Below, piece by piece: positions 8,415-18,265 of a stretch of 32,000 nt of DNA. Position 1 is the first letter of the stretch. Each line of letters opens with the position of its first letter. The DNA lies in the NCBI GenBank assembly GCA_025340205.1, contig CP006868.1, positions 1,653,058 through 1,685,057 of the forward strand, given 5' to 3'. The notes beneath the pieces were generated by a model, which saw only the letters and a list, made by a program, of their open reading frames with translations, ran no database searches and was not told where the DNA came from. The position numbers and the translations under genes were made by a program. Source of the stretch: Ignicoccus pacificus DSM 13166. Its GTDB lineage: Archaea > Thermoproteota > Thermoprotei_A > Sulfolobales > Ignicoccaceae.

Positions 8415-9137
8415 TTACTTCAGTCCTAGGTACAGCTTTCCTATCTCTGGGTGTTCTAAGATCTCTCTAGCGGGTCCTGTATAGGCCACCTTGCCCGTCA
8501 CAAGTACGTATCCCCTGTCGGCTATCTCTAGTCCCTTCCTGGCGTTTTGTTCTACCAATATTATAGTAACGCCGCTGTCTCTGATTTCCTTAATCTTGTT
8601 CAGTACTAGGTCCACGTACTTAGGAGAGAGCGCTGCCGTGGGCTCGTCGAGAAGCATTACCTTTGGCTTAGCCATTAACGCTCTGGCCATTGCTAACATC
8701 TGTCTCTCTCCTCCTGAGAGGCTTCCAGCTAGCTGCTTCAGCCTCCCTCTCAAGTCTGGGAATATGTCTAACACCTCCTCCATTCTTCTTTCTACTTCCT
8801 TCTTGTCTTTGATAGTGTAAGCTCCCATTTCCAAGTTCTCTTTTACAGTTAAGTTGGTGAAGACGTTGTTGGTCTGAGGCACATACCCCACTCCCATTTT
8901 ACTTATCTTATCCAACCTCTCGTTGGTTATATCCTTACCTTCATAATAGACCTTACCCTTGAGGACCCTGGCTATACCCAATATGGCTTTCAGCAAAGTA
9001 CTCTTGCCGGACCCGTTTGGTCCTACTATGGTGACTATCTCTTGTCTTGTAACATAGAAGTCTATTCCGTGTAAGATTACCATCTTTCCGTAGCCCGCTA
9101 CTAAGTCCTTTGTCTCAATTACCTTGTCAGTCATCAT
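8415..9137 (-). CDS. livF: Branched-chain amino-acid ABC transporter, ATP-binding protein LivF
   Basis: Walker A GPNGSGKST, signature LSGGERQML, Walker B VMLLDEPTAAL. Confidence 0.92.
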   Translation of the reverse strand: MMTDKVIETKDLVAGYGKMVILHGIDFYVTRQEIVTIVGPNGSGKSTLLKAILGIARVLKGKVYYEGKDITNERLDKISKMGVGYVPQTNNVFTNLTVKENLEMGAYTIKDKKEVERRMEEVLDIFPDLRGRLKQLAGSLSGGERQMLAMARALMAKPKVMLLDEPTAALSPKYVDLVLNKIKEIRDSGVTIILVEQNARKGLEIADRGYVLVTGKVAYTGPAREILEHPEIGKLYLGLK

Positions 9138-9910
9138 GCCTCACCCAAGTATATCTCTACCACTACGGGGTTTTCAGATACTTCCTCCGGTGTACCTTCC
9201 GCGACTATTCTTCCCCTATGCATGACGTAAACGTAGTCCACGTAGTCGAAGAGTATGTCTAATCTGTGTTCTATGATTAGCATGCTCATCCCTCTCTCAT
9301 CTCTTAGATGCCTCAAGAACTTGAATATCTCGTGAGCCAAGGTAGGGTTAACTCCGGCAGCTGGCTCGTCCAAGAGTAACATCTTGGGATCGCTCATCAA
9401 TCCTCTGGCCAGCTCTACCAGCTTCATCTGTCCTCCGCTTATCGCTGAGGAGAGGTTTTTGGCGATGTGTAGTATCTTCAATAGTTTCATAGTATCCACA
9501 GCCTTGTTTGCTATACCCAACTCAGCTCTCTTCCATATAGACCTAATCAAAGACTTGGCGTAGCTTTCACCAGGGTTGTTCCTAGCCGCAGTTAGTACGT
9601 TCTCGTATACCGTCATACCCTTGAACATTCTTGGGATTTGGAAAGTTCTTACTAATCCTAGGTGATATATCTTTTCTGGAGGCATCCCGGTTATGTCGTG
9701 ACCATCGAAGTATACCTTACCTCTATCTGGCTTATAGACTCCAGCTATAACGTTGAAGAGCGTCGTCTTCCCAGAGCCGTTTGGTCCTATCAGCGCAGTC
9801 ATTGTACCTCTTCTAACCCCCATTACTACGTCATCTAGTGCCACTATACCGCCGAAAGTTTTCCTTACGTGTTCAACCTTCAGTATGTAATCCTCACTCA
9901 TTTTCCTCAC
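9134..9910 (-). CDS. livG: Branched-chain amino-acid ABC transporter, ATP-binding protein LivG
   Basis: Walker A GPNGSGKTT, signature ISGGQMKLVE, Walker B MLLLDEPAAGVNP; 4-nt overlap with livF. Confidence 0.92.
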   Translation of the reverse strand: MRKMSEDYILKVEHVRKTFGGIVALDDVVMGVRRGTMTALIGPNGSGKTTLFNVIAGVYKPDRGKVYFDGHDITGMPPEKIYHLGLVRTFQIPRMFKGMTVYENVLTAARNNPGESYAKSLIRSIWKRAELGIANKAVDTMKLLKILHIAKNLSSAISGGQMKLVELARGLMSDPKMLLLDEPAAGVNPTLAHEIFKFLRHLRDERGMSMLIIEHRLDILFDYVDYVYVMHRGRIVAEGTPEEVSENPVVVEIYLGEA

Positions 9911-10937
9911 CTCCTTCTCCTTCTTTTAGGTAGTCTATCTCCTTCGGGGCCCTTTCCTCTAGGACCCTCCATGCGGGAGTTCGGACGGGCTTCTCTGGCA
10001 CTAATCCTTGTGGTCTGAACATCAGGAACAGTATGATTAGCAGACCCACTAGCATCGCTTGGAAGTAGTTGGGCTCTAGAGGTAAGTGTATGTAGTCCTT
10101 AGCTATTTGTGTTAATCTGTTTATTAGTATCACTATCGCTGTGCCGAGTACCACTCCCGCGTTGTTAGCCATTCCTCCTATGATTACCATAACCCAAATT
10201 AGGAATGTTACTAATGGTAAGAAGGTATCTGGGTTCAGATAGAGGAAGTAGAACGCGTAAAGCGCTCCGGCCAAGCCGGCTAAGGCGCTCCCGAGTGTTA
10301 GTGCCAGTAGCTTGTAACGATAGGTAAACTTTCCGATGCTCTTCGAGGCCAACTCGTCATCTCTTATACTCTTCAATACTCTTCCTAGAGGAGAGTTGCC
10401 CCACCTCTCTAGCAGTATGTAAGTGAAGAAGAACAAGACTACGGAAAGTCCTACGTATGCTATGGTTCTCTCAAACGTGTTGGTAATGAAGTCGAACGGC
10501 GGTTTTATTCCTCTAAGTCCGAATACTCCTCCCCACACGCTGTTGGTTGGCGTGTTTCTGAGTAGAATTCTTATCATCTCTCCAATGATTATGGTTGACA
10601 TGCCTAGGTAATCTTCCCTTAGCTTTACAGTAGGTATTGCTATGAAGGCACCTACTGCGGCGGCAGCTATGGCAGCGGCAATTAGGCAGAGAGGGAAGGG
10701 CACGCCGTATGCAGCAGAGAGAACTCCAGCAGTGTACGCTCCTACCGCTATGAAGCCTACCTTTCCGAAGTTGCTCAGGCCGGCGTAGCCGTACTCTAAG
10801 TTCAAGCTTAGTGCCGCTATGGCATAAAACGCTAAGAAGAATATCAGGTCTAACGTGTAGCTTACGTTCACTGCCGCGAACGCGGCGATTATACCGGCGA
10901 CAATTATTCCCAAGATCAAACCGGTCTTATCCACCAT
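9894..10937 (-). CDS. livM: Branched-chain amino-acid ABC transporter permease LivM
   Basis: LNLEYGYAGLSNFGKVGFIAVGAY and GLAGALYAFYFLYLNPDTF...GGMANNAGVVLGTAI, polytopic, in the liv operon. Confidence 0.92.
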   Translation of the reverse strand: MVDKTGLILGIIVAGIIAAFAAVNVSYTLDLIFFLAFYAIAALSLNLEYGYAGLSNFGKVGFIAVGAYTAGVLSAAYGVPFPLCLIAAAIAAAAVGAFIAIPTVKLREDYLGMSTIIIGEMIRILLRNTPTNSVWGGVFGLRGIKPPFDFITNTFERTIAYVGLSVVLFFFTYILLERWGNSPLGRVLKSIRDDELASKSIGKFTYRYKLLALTLGSALAGLAGALYAFYFLYLNPDTFLPLVTFLIWVMVIIGGMANNAGVVLGTAIVILINRLTQIAKDYIHLPLEPNYFQAMLVGLLIILFLMFRPQGLVPEKPVRTPAWRVLEERAPKEIDYLKEGEGGEENE

Positions 10938-10948
10938 GGCTCCTCACC

Positions 10949-12298
10949 TCACGCCTTTCTCGTCTTAATTCCGGCTAGACCCTCTGGCTTGAGATACAGT
11001 ACTAACAGGAAGACGGAGAACGGAATCATAAACCTGTATCCGGTGTACTGGGGGTTGATCGCCGCTAAGACGCTAACTCCGAACTGCTCTGCAAAGGCTA
11101 GTATGTAGCTCGCCGCGAACGTTCCCCAGAAGCTACCTAATCCTCCCAGTACCGCTACGGCGAACGCGTTTAGTAGGATCATCCATCCCAGCTCTGGATA
11201 TATCTGGGTCTGAATGGCCCAGAATAGACCACCTATTCCAGCTAAGGCTCCGGCTACCAGCCACGCCAAGTTTACCACGCTGTCGACGTCTATTCCACAA
11301 GCGGCTGCCAGCACTGGGTTGTTAGCTACGGCCCTCCATGCTTTTCCTATTTTCGTCTTCTTGAACAGTAATGTCATTCCAATTATTACAGCTAGTACCG
11401 TTAGAGTGCTCCATATGTACAAGTCGGTGAACGACAGTACAGGTTGAGGGAACTTAAACATGACGTCTAGCGCATTCAGCTTGGTGAACGCTATGCCTCC
11501 AGCTCCTATCTTTATTGCTGGAATATATTCGGAGGCAAATGAAGCGGTTGTGTTAGCTATGACTAAAGTTCCGTTTATTATCCATGCTTGGAAGTTGCTT
11601 AACTGTACTCCGAAGTTCTGATAGGTTATCTCTTGTTTGAAGTACTGTCTGCTGTACCAAGTCATCTCATATAGAGCATACCTTATGAATAGGGCTACGC
11701 CGATGCTGGCAACCATCAGCTGTACTAGGCTAGCTCCTCTGTTTGATAGAGGTTTGTAGACTAGCACGTGAGAGAGTAGCGAGACTACAGCGCTCGCCAA
11801 CATGGCCTCGATGGTAGCTTCCCATAAGTTAGCGCCAGTGTAGCAAGCGAAGAGCACTACTGCACCCATCACTAGGAGCGCAGGACCCAAGACCATTAAC
11901 GTCGAGTTCTTTGTTTTTAAGTATGCTAAAGTTAAGATTATTCCAGATACTACGCCCACTAGGCCCACTTGGACTGCGAAGCCGTTGGGCGCTCCGCTGA
12001 GGACCGCGAAGTTGTAAAGCAAATAGGCAGCATAAGCACCTACGGTCGCTACGTCACCATGGGCGAAGTTTGCGAACTTAGCTACGGTGAATGTCATAGT
12101 GATACCGACGGCAATCAAGAAGTATAGATTTCCTAGAAGCAAAGTGTCAATAAAGATTTGTGGTATTTGTGGTGTTACTTTGGACCAAACGCTGGGACCC
12201 AGCGCTTGGTAGACGTATGCGGCGAGAACGACGACTATGGCCAGTCCTATCAACAACTTGGCGCGCGAGCTCAAGTGCATTATACGGGCCCCTAGCAA
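10949..12298 (-). CDS. livH: Branched-chain amino-acid ABC transporter permease LivH, enlarged
   Basis: ANFAHGDVATVGAYAAYLLY, YKPLSNRGASLVQLMVASIG, AWRAVANNPVLAAACGIDV, GGLGSFWGTFAASYILA motifs; 449 aa. Confidence 0.9.
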   Translation of the reverse strand: MLGARIMHLSSRAKLLIGLAIVVVLAAYVYQALGPSVWSKVTPQIPQIFIDTLLLGNLYFLIAVGITMTFTVAKFANFAHGDVATVGAYAAYLLYNFAVLSGAPNGFAVQVGLVGVVSGIILTLAYLKTKNSTLMVLGPALLVMGAVVLFACYTGANLWEATIEAMLASAVVSLLSHVLVYKPLSNRGASLVQLMVASIGVALFIRYALYEMTWYSRQYFKQEITYQNFGVQLSNFQAWIINGTLVIANTTASFASEYIPAIKIGAGGIAFTKLNALDVMFKFPQPVLSFTDLYIWSTLTVLAVIIGMTLLFKKTKIGKAWRAVANNPVLAAACGIDVDSVVNLAWLVAGALAGIGGLFWAIQTQIYPELGWMILLNAFAVAVLGGLGSFWGTFAASYILAFAEQFGVSVLAAINPQYTGYRFMIPFSVFLLVLYLKPEGLAGIKTRKA

Positions 12299-12351
12299 GC
12301 CAAGGGGCGTAAGTATATAGCGTAATCGCAGTATATGCTTGGAATAAGTGG

Positions 12352-13242
12352 TCAGTACCTAAATATACTCGATTGGGAGACTGTAACCATATATGGTTGA
12401 GGTGAGTGGAGTCCTTCGACGAGTATAGCACCTCCTTCTTTATCCATGTAGTCTTGGACGGCAGTGAGGTAGTTGAACGCCATCGCTTGAAGATCCTTAC
12501 TCATGAGTTTAGCAAATGGTAGTAACTTTGTAAGTTCTTTCGCACTCATTGGTTGATCGTGAATGTCTACCTTATTTAATAAGTTGTCGAGAATTTGTGA
12601 GATAGCGTCTTCGCTAACTCTCCCTTCCAAGGATTCCAAAACAAGCTTTTCTATATAATTGAAATATTTGTTCGCTAATTCATACTCATAGTATATGCCA
12701 GATACGGAGAGGGCGTGCATTACTTGGGCCCTCCCGCCAATGCTCTCCTTAGGGGCAGAAGCCATCAGCTGCTCTACCAGATCTCTAAGTATTATCGCTT
12801 CCTTTGCTGAGGGAGGGGAACTGGGTATTAGGGGATCTATAGTACCTATTATTCCCCAAGGAGGTAGGAGTACCTCATCTGAGAGTAAGAGAAGGAGAGC
12901 CCCCATTGAGAGGGCGGAATCCAGCAATAACGTCGTAACTTTGCGTATTCCCATAGACCTCAACCTTCTCATTAAATGTTCAGCAAATAGAACGGTGGTT
13001 CCTATAGTATTATATACGATAACGACCTCCTCGCAGCTCCGCGAGGACATTTCTCTATGAAGTGTTCTAATAATATATGAAACGTCGCGCGTGTGTGACA
13101 TTAAGGCGTTTGGATACATGGATAAGTCCACGGAAGTATTTGAAACGGCGCTAATTACACAAGTGCCTTCAGGAAACTTACTGTTTATCATGTAGAGATA
13201 TCGCTGCCTCGATGAGAATTGATGTGGGACGTACGAGCTCAA
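12352..13242 (-). CDS. SDH_sah/SppA-like ClpP-crotonase-fold protein
   Basis: LDSALSMGALLLLLSDEVLLPPWGIIGTIDPLIP resembles the SAGTLIALAADEIVM...LGPIDPQ core of SDH_sah (S49-like) proteins. The start could be an internal Met. Confidence 0.55.
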   Translation of the reverse strand: MSSYVPHQFSSRQRYLYMINSKFPEGTCVISAVSNTSVDLSMYPNALMSHTRDVSYIIRTLHREMSSRSCEEVVIVYNTIGTTVLFAEHLMRRLRSMGIRKVTTLLLDSALSMGALLLLLSDEVLLPPWGIIGTIDPLIPSSPPSAKEAIILRDLVEQLMASAPKESIGGRAQVMHALSVSGIYYEYELANKYFNYIEKLVLESLEGRVSEDAISQILDNLLNKVDIHDQPMSAKELTKLLPFAKLMSKDLQAMAFNYLTAVQDYMDKEGGAILVEGLHSPQPYMVTVSQSSIFRY

Positions 13243-13275
13243 CTCAGAGGCCCTCTCCGGGAGGCGTAGAGCGCA

Positions 13276-13779
13276 TTATAGAGATAACAACGCTCTCTCT
13301 TTACTGAACCTCTTGGTCGTTGCTATCAAGTAGGCAGAGCTAGCATGACGTCCAAAACCCTTCAGCTTAGTCTTCGAGGTATTATCCTCTGGAACTACAT
13401 AGACCTTTACGTTTTGAGGCAACTCTATCATCTCCGAAGGAGCACCGTTCCCTATTATTATCGCCTCGACAGCGAACTCGTTAAGGATTGAATTAACTAT
13501 GCTAGTTGCATCTTCCTTAGGACCTTCCCAAAGGTATATTGGATACTCGGCTGCGACGAGCGCCACGCCATACACCTTTCCCGGATCTATCCCAAGGTAT
13601 AATTTTGGCGAATAACCCAACCGTCTTTCTAACAACTTCAATATACAATCGCTTTCCGAAGTGCAGTTTACCGAGTAAGCGAAACGGAGGAGCTCACTTA
13701 GACCTAACTCGTTCAGCCTCCTTCTAATTTTATAGAGGAGGCGAGGGTTCACTAAGTTCCCCTGGCCTAGAAGGCACAA
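13276..13779 (-). CDS. Predicted RNase H-fold (RuvC/DUF460-like) protein
   Basis: LYLGIDPGKVYGVALV beta-hairpin Asp motif, then VEAIIIGNG and HASSAYLIATT resembling later RNase H-fold elements. Confidence 0.5.
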   Translation of the reverse strand: MCLLGQGNLVNPRLLYKIRRRLNELGLSELLRFAYSVNCTSESDCILKLLERRLGYSPKLYLGIDPGKVYGVALVAAEYPIYLWEGPKEDATSIVNSILNEFAVEAIIIGNGAPSEMIELPQNVKVYVVPEDNTSKTKLKGFGRHASSAYLIATTKRFSKERALLSL

Positions 13780-13782
13780 AAG

Positions 13783-14262
13783 TTAATATATCGCATGGGC
13801 GAACTCGTAGTCCTCTACGAGTTCCTCTTTTTTGAAGAATATACTCATTTCCCTCTCTACCTTCTCCGGCGAGTCGGTGGCATGGACTATGTTCCTGGCC
13901 TTACTTAAGGCAAAGTCACCTCTTATGCTGCCCGGCTCGGCCTCGGCTCCATCGGTGGCACCCACCATTCTCCTCACGACTTCAACAGCCCTCGGTCCCT
14001 CGACAACCATGACCACGACAGGTCCGGAGGTCACGTAGTTAACTAAGTCATCAAAGAACGGCTTCCCCTCGTGCTCCTTGTAGAGCTCGATTGCTTGCTC
14101 TTTACTCATCTTTATCATCTTTAAGGCTCTTAGTTTCAAACCCTTATTCTCAAATCTTTTGATGATCTCTCCTACTAGTCCTCTCTTAACTCCATCTGGT
14201 TTTATCATTACGAACTCTAGCTGAGTCATGGTGATCACCTCATTCCATACTTCTTGGTCCAT
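13783..14262 (-). CDS. ndk: Nucleoside diphosphate kinase
   Basis: [18 protein letters not shown] and [20 protein letters not shown] (catalytic His). Start probably the internal MTQLE at 14229. Confidence 0.95.
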   Translation of the reverse strand: MDQEVWNEVITMTQLEFVMIKPDGVKRGLVGEIIKRFENKGLKLRALKMIKMSKEQAIELYKEHEGKPFFDDLVNYVTSGPVVVMVVEGPRAVEVVRRMVGATDGAEAEPGSIRGDFALSKARNIVHATDSPEKVEREMSIFFKKEELVEDYEFAHAIY

Positions 14263-14417
14263 GGTAACTTTCTGGGATCTCTCTTCATCTTGAAACTCTT
14301 AAAGCACTTGCTGCTGCAAAACCACAAGATGGTACCATCTACCTTTACGTACATCAGTCCAGTTCCTGGCTCTATTTCTTTGCCACAGAAGTGGCACGTC
14401 CTTACCGGCATCTCCAC
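14235..14417 (-). CDS. rpl24e: Ribosomal protein L24e
   Basis: [50 protein letters not shown], typical zinc-ribbon L24e. Confidence 0.95.
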   Translation of the reverse strand: MEMPVRTCHFCGKEIEPGTGLMYVKVDGTILWFCSSKCFKSFKMKRDPRKLPWTKKYGMR

Positions 14418-14484
14418 ATACCCCCGTGACGCCCCTCTGGAATACCTTTAAAGCAAAGCTTGAGAGTGAGCTGGGGTAGCGACT

Positions 14485-14745
14485 ATGGTTGAGAAGATAT
14501 ATGTGGGCGAGTGGATAAACAAAATAAACATGACTGAGGAGATAGGTTTCCCTGCTGAGGTCATCCAGATTATAGGTAGAACTGGTGTCACCGGAGAGAT
14601 CACCCAAGTGAGGGTTAGGGTACTGGAAGGAAAGGATAAGGGAAGAATCCTCACGAGGAACGTTAAGGGACCGGTGAGGCTAGGAGACATACTCGTACTT
14701 AGGGAAACTGAGAGAGAGGCCAGAAAGCTCAGCGGAAGAAGGTAA
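14485..14745 (+). CDS. rps28e: Ribosomal protein S28e
   Basis: [60 protein letters not shown]. The internal ATG at 14530 (MTEEIG) fits the usual protein length. Confidence 0.95.
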   Translation: MVEKIYVGEWINKINMTEEIGFPAEVIQIIGRTGVTGEITQVRVRVLEGKDKGRILTRNVKGPVRLGDILVLRETEREARKLSGRR

Positions 14746-14760
14746 AGCAGAAACGAGACC

Positions 14761-15642
14761 CTACCATTCAATTTCTGCTATTGCCTTCACCAATTCCATA
14801 TCAAGTAATCCTCTCGTTACGGTCATACAAGCTTGACCGCGTCCCTTTTTCCATAGCAAATATGCTATACAGTCCAGCAACATATTGACTTCCAAGCTAC
14901 CCCAGTCTATCCTCCTGTAAAGTCGTGTCATAAACAGTATAACCAAGGTCTTTATCTTACGCGATGTTATATTGAGAACCTCATTTATCAACATTCTTCG
15001 TTCATTGGGATCAGCTATGGTTCTTGGGTTTACTTGGTTAATTACAAAAGCCTTGGGAAGGAAACCCATTGTCACTTCTGCCACCTTTAATGTTCTTTCG
15101 ATCTCTACAATGCTAGCCTGAGAGAGAAGCACGCTCTTCGCGTCCAAGGAAGAAATTACACACTTTAATATCGGTATATCAGCGAAGCTCGCAGCCGGCG
15201 TGTCCATGACTATCAAGTCGTAGTACTCCGATATAGTGAACAGAGTTTCGGCGACTTTCTTAGCAGCATACTCTATTCCGTGCTCTGCTATCTCGGCAGA
15301 GTACTTTATTGCAGACTCGATGGTTCCGGAGGGAATGACATGTAAATAACCGTTGTAGAGTGTATGTATGAATTTATCCAGTTCTCCACCGACTTCCAAT
15401 ACGTCATACCATCCCTTCAAGTTCCTAGCTTCCTCTCCTAGGAAGAACCTCGAGGCACCGTCTCTGAAGTCAGCGTCGATTAGCAAGACCCTCCTCTTAG
15501 CTTTGGCAGCAGCGCTTGCTGAGATCAATGCACTGGTCGTTGACTTTCCTACGCCACCCTTAATACCCCACACAGTGATGATCCTGCTATTTCGTAAAAG
15601 AGGAGGACAACCAAAATCTCTCTTCCTAGATCTTAACGGCAC
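14761..15642 (-). CDS. ParA/MinD-family ATPase (second paralogue)
   Basis: VWGIKGGVGKSTTSALISASAA and RRVLLIDADFRDG, LIVMDTPAA. Confidence 0.85.
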   Translation of the reverse strand: MPLRSRKRDFGCPPLLRNSRIITVWGIKGGVGKSTTSALISASAAAKAKRRVLLIDADFRDGASRFFLGEEARNLKGWYDVLEVGGELDKFIHTLYNGYLHVIPSGTIESAIKYSAEIAEHGIEYAAKKVAETLFTISEYYDLIVMDTPAASFADIPILKCVISSLDAKSVLLSQASIVEIERTLKVAEVTMGFLPKAFVINQVNPRTIADPNERRMLINEVLNITSRKIKTLVILFMTRLYRRIDWGSLEVNMLLDCIAYLLWKKGRGQACMTVTRGLLDMELVKAIAEIEW

Positions 15643-15725
15643 GATAAAACCCCCACATGCTGTGATGTTGAAACTAAGAAGCTTTGTAGTCCGCTACGCA
15701 TACGATCAACGGGTGACGTTAAACC

Positions 15726-17222
15726 TTGCCAGCAAGATTTGACGGTATTCAAGAAACACTCGTGGAAGCATTGGTGGAATCAATCAGAGTAGCGGAAACC
15801 CGTCTACCCAAATGGGTTTATGAGAAGCTCTTGAGAGCTTACGAAGAGAATGATGGGGTAGCAAAGGCTCAGCTAGCCGCTATATTGAAGAACATAGAAA
15901 TAGCGGCTAAGGAATCGAAGCCCATGTGTCAAGATACTGGCTTACTAGTGTTCGACGTCAAGGTGGGTGAGAGGTTTCCACTATCTATTGAAGACATAAA
16001 GAGAGCGATAATCGAAGCATCAAGAAGGGCTACTGGAGAGGTCCCGATAAGACCAAACTCTATGGATCCTCTGAGCGGTTACAATCCCGGCGACAATACC
16101 GGGAAGGGCGTTCCAATAATACACATAGACTTAGTGCCCGGAGATTATCTCGAGGTCAAGGTTAGACCTAAGGGAGGAGGAAGCGAGTATCCTACGAGGT
16201 TATGTATGATCCCTCCTTCTAAGGGGATTGCTGGAGTTCACGAGTGTCTACTAAGGACCGTTTACGAAGCTGCTGGAAAGCCATGTCCGCCCGGAATAGT
16301 GAGCGTTGCCTTCGGAGGAACGGTAGAGGAAGCCTTTAAGTTAGCTAAGAGTAACCTATATAGAGAAGGCAGACACGAAGAAGATAGGGTAAGGGAACTC
16401 GAGGAGAAGTGGCTCGATGAGATAAACCAACTTGGAATAGGACCTATGGGTTTAGGAGGCAAGACCACAGCATTAGATCTCAAGGTGGATTACCTTTATC
16501 GTCATCCCGCCTCCTTCCCAGTAGCCGTCACATTTAACTGCTGGGCGGCTCGCGAAGCAGCCCTCAAGATGGATCCTAATGGTAACTGGAAGATAATAAG
16601 CGAAAATGTAAGGCCAGAGGACTTGAAGAAGATCGAGCTGGGAGGTGCAGATGGAATAGAGCTGAAGCTACCCGTATCTGAAGAAGACGTTAGGAAGCTG
16701 AAGGCGGGAGACGTAGTCTACCTTACCGGGACCATAGTCACTGCCAGAGACGAAGCTCATAAGAAGATATTGGAAGAAGGCGCTCCTATAGACCTTAGAG
16801 GCTTGGCAATATATCATTGTGGCCCTGTCGTAAAGAAGGAAGGTGACGAGTGGAAAGTTATAGCAGCTGGTCCCACCACAAGTGCCAGAATGAACGATCT
16901 TCAAGCTCAAGTACTGGAGAAAACGGGGGCCAAGCTAGTAATAGGAAAGGGAGGTATGAAGGATGAACTTCTCGAAGATTTCAAGAGATTGGGAGCAGCT
17001 TACTTGGCCTTTACCGGAGGCGCCGCCCTTCTAGCTGCCAAGGCTATAAAGAGGGTCAAGGAGGTGTACTGGCTTGACGAGCTCGGAATTCCCGAAGCCA
17101 TGTGGGTGTTCGAGGTTGAACGCTTCGGTCCCCTAGTCGTAGCGATGGATAGTCACGGAAACAGCCTCTATAAAACTGTTCTAGAGAAGGCTAAGTCTAA
17201 GATGGAGGAGATGTTGAGGTGA
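15726..17222 (+). CDS. Class I fumarate hydratase, alpha and beta domains fused
   Basis: Alpha-domain [44 protein letters not shown]; beta-domain [32 protein letters not shown]. Class I fumarase/tartrate dehydratase family. Confidence 0.88.
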   Translation: MPARFDGIQETLVEALVESIRVAETRLPKWVYEKLLRAYEENDGVAKAQLAAILKNIEIAAKESKPMCQDTGLLVFDVKVGERFPLSIEDIKRAIIEASRRATGEVPIRPNSMDPLSGYNPGDNTGKGVPIIHIDLVPGDYLEVKVRPKGGGSEYPTRLCMIPPSKGIAGVHECLLRTVYEAAGKPCPPGIVSVAFGGTVEEAFKLAKSNLYREGRHEEDRVRELEEKWLDEINQLGIGPMGLGGKTTALDLKVDYLYRHPASFPVAVTFNCWAAREAALKMDPNGNWKIISENVRPEDLKKIELGGADGIELKLPVSEEDVRKLKAGDVVYLTGTIVTARDEAHKKILEEGAPIDLRGLAIYHCGPVVKKEGDEWKVIAAGPTTSARMNDLQAQVLEKTGAKLVIGKGGMKDELLEDFKRLGAAYLAFTGGAALLAAKAIKRVKEVYWLDELGIPEAMWVFEVERFGPLVVAMDSHGNSLYKTVLEKAKSKMEEMLR

Positions 17223-18265
17223 GGGACAGGATAGATGTAGAGCTTTTTGAACGGGTAGGCGTAATACCTCCACAAAGAATTCACATAAAAAACCATCCTT
17301 TAGGAACTCCTACCACGGCTTTCAATCCCGGACTTACATTTGATGGTGAGAATTTCCATATATATCCAAGAATAGTCGCCGGTTACTACATGTACGTTTC
17401 TGCAATAGCCCATATAGAGGTACCTCTTTATGATATGGAATCCGGTATAGTGAATTTCTCTCACTATCCAGCAGATCTGGTTGTATGTCCCACAGGACCC
17501 TTCGATATCTGGGGCGCTGAGGATCCTAGGGTTAACTTCGTAGGGTCAAGAGAAGTTATGGTATATACTGGTAGGACCATTAACTACTTTGATCCTAGCA
17601 AGAGGTCATGGAGGACTTCTCCAATAATAGCAGTAAGAGATGGATATGGGTTTAGAAAAATAGGGATGATGAGGAAAGATTTAGAAAACATAATATCAGA
17701 CAAAGACGCCTTTGTTGTTGAAGCGGACGGCAGCGTGTATCTATTCCATAGACCTCATGTAAATGTAAACGGAAAAGAGGAATTCTACATGAGTATATCT
17801 AAAATAGAGAATTGGGAAGAATTAAATGAGATCAGCGACGAACCTTTGGGAAGCTGTGGAGGAGGTACGCCGAAGGAAATGAAGCTGAGTAAAGATATCT
17901 TTAAAATGTATCCGGCAAAGTGGGAGGAAAGAATAGGCTGGGGACCGCCACCAATCGAGGTCGAACCTAACACGTTCTTAGCGTTGGTACATGCTATGGA
18001 CGGGATAGATAAGGCATATAAAGCGTTCTTGCTAATGTTTAAGATCAAAGGCGATACAGTTGAGGTAATAGGTGAAAGTCCTGGATATGTGCTGACGCCT
18101 ACCTTAACGTACGAAATATATGGAGATAGACCGTTGGTCACCTTCCCCACAGGAATGGTATTAGTGGATGGAACAGTATACATAACCTATGGAGCAGCGG
18201 ATGCGGTAATAGGGATAGCGAGAGCAGATCTAAGTGCACTAATGGCTGTAATAAAATATTTATGA
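17219..18265 (+). CDS. GH130-like glycoside phosphorylase/hydrolase
   Basis: [72 protein letters not shown] resemble GH130 five-blade beta-propeller enzymes. Confidence 0.75.
   Translation: MRDRIDVELFERVGVIPPQRIHIKNHPLGTPTTAFNPGLTFDGENFHIYPRIVAGYYMYVSAIAHIEVPLYDMESGIVNFSHYPADLVVCPTGPFDIWGAEDPRVNFVGSREVMVYTGRTINYFDPSKRSWRTSPIIAVRDGYGFRKIGMMRKDLENIISDKDAFVVEADGSVYLFHRPHVNVNGKEEFYMSISKIENWEELNEISDEPLGSCGGGTPKEMKLSKDIFKMYPAKWEERIGWGPPPIEVEPNTFLALVHAMDGIDKAYKAFLLMFKIKGDTVEVIGESPGYVLTPTLTYEIYGDRPLVTFPTGMVLVDGTVYITYGAADAVIGIARADLSALMAVIKYL

Noticed and set aside
12147-12431. Minus-strand 94-aa ORF spanning the livH 5' end and intergenic gap
   Set aside because: Overlaps livH in another frame and shows no protein-like features.
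15726-16600. Reading 15726..17222 as a tartrate dehydratase instead of fumarase
   Set aside because: The two belong to the same family and cannot be separated from motifs alone. Fumarase is the more likely role in archaeal central metabolism, so I kept it with the family caveat.
17785-18183. Minus-strand 132-aa ORF
   Set aside because: Antisense to conserved GH130-like motifs.
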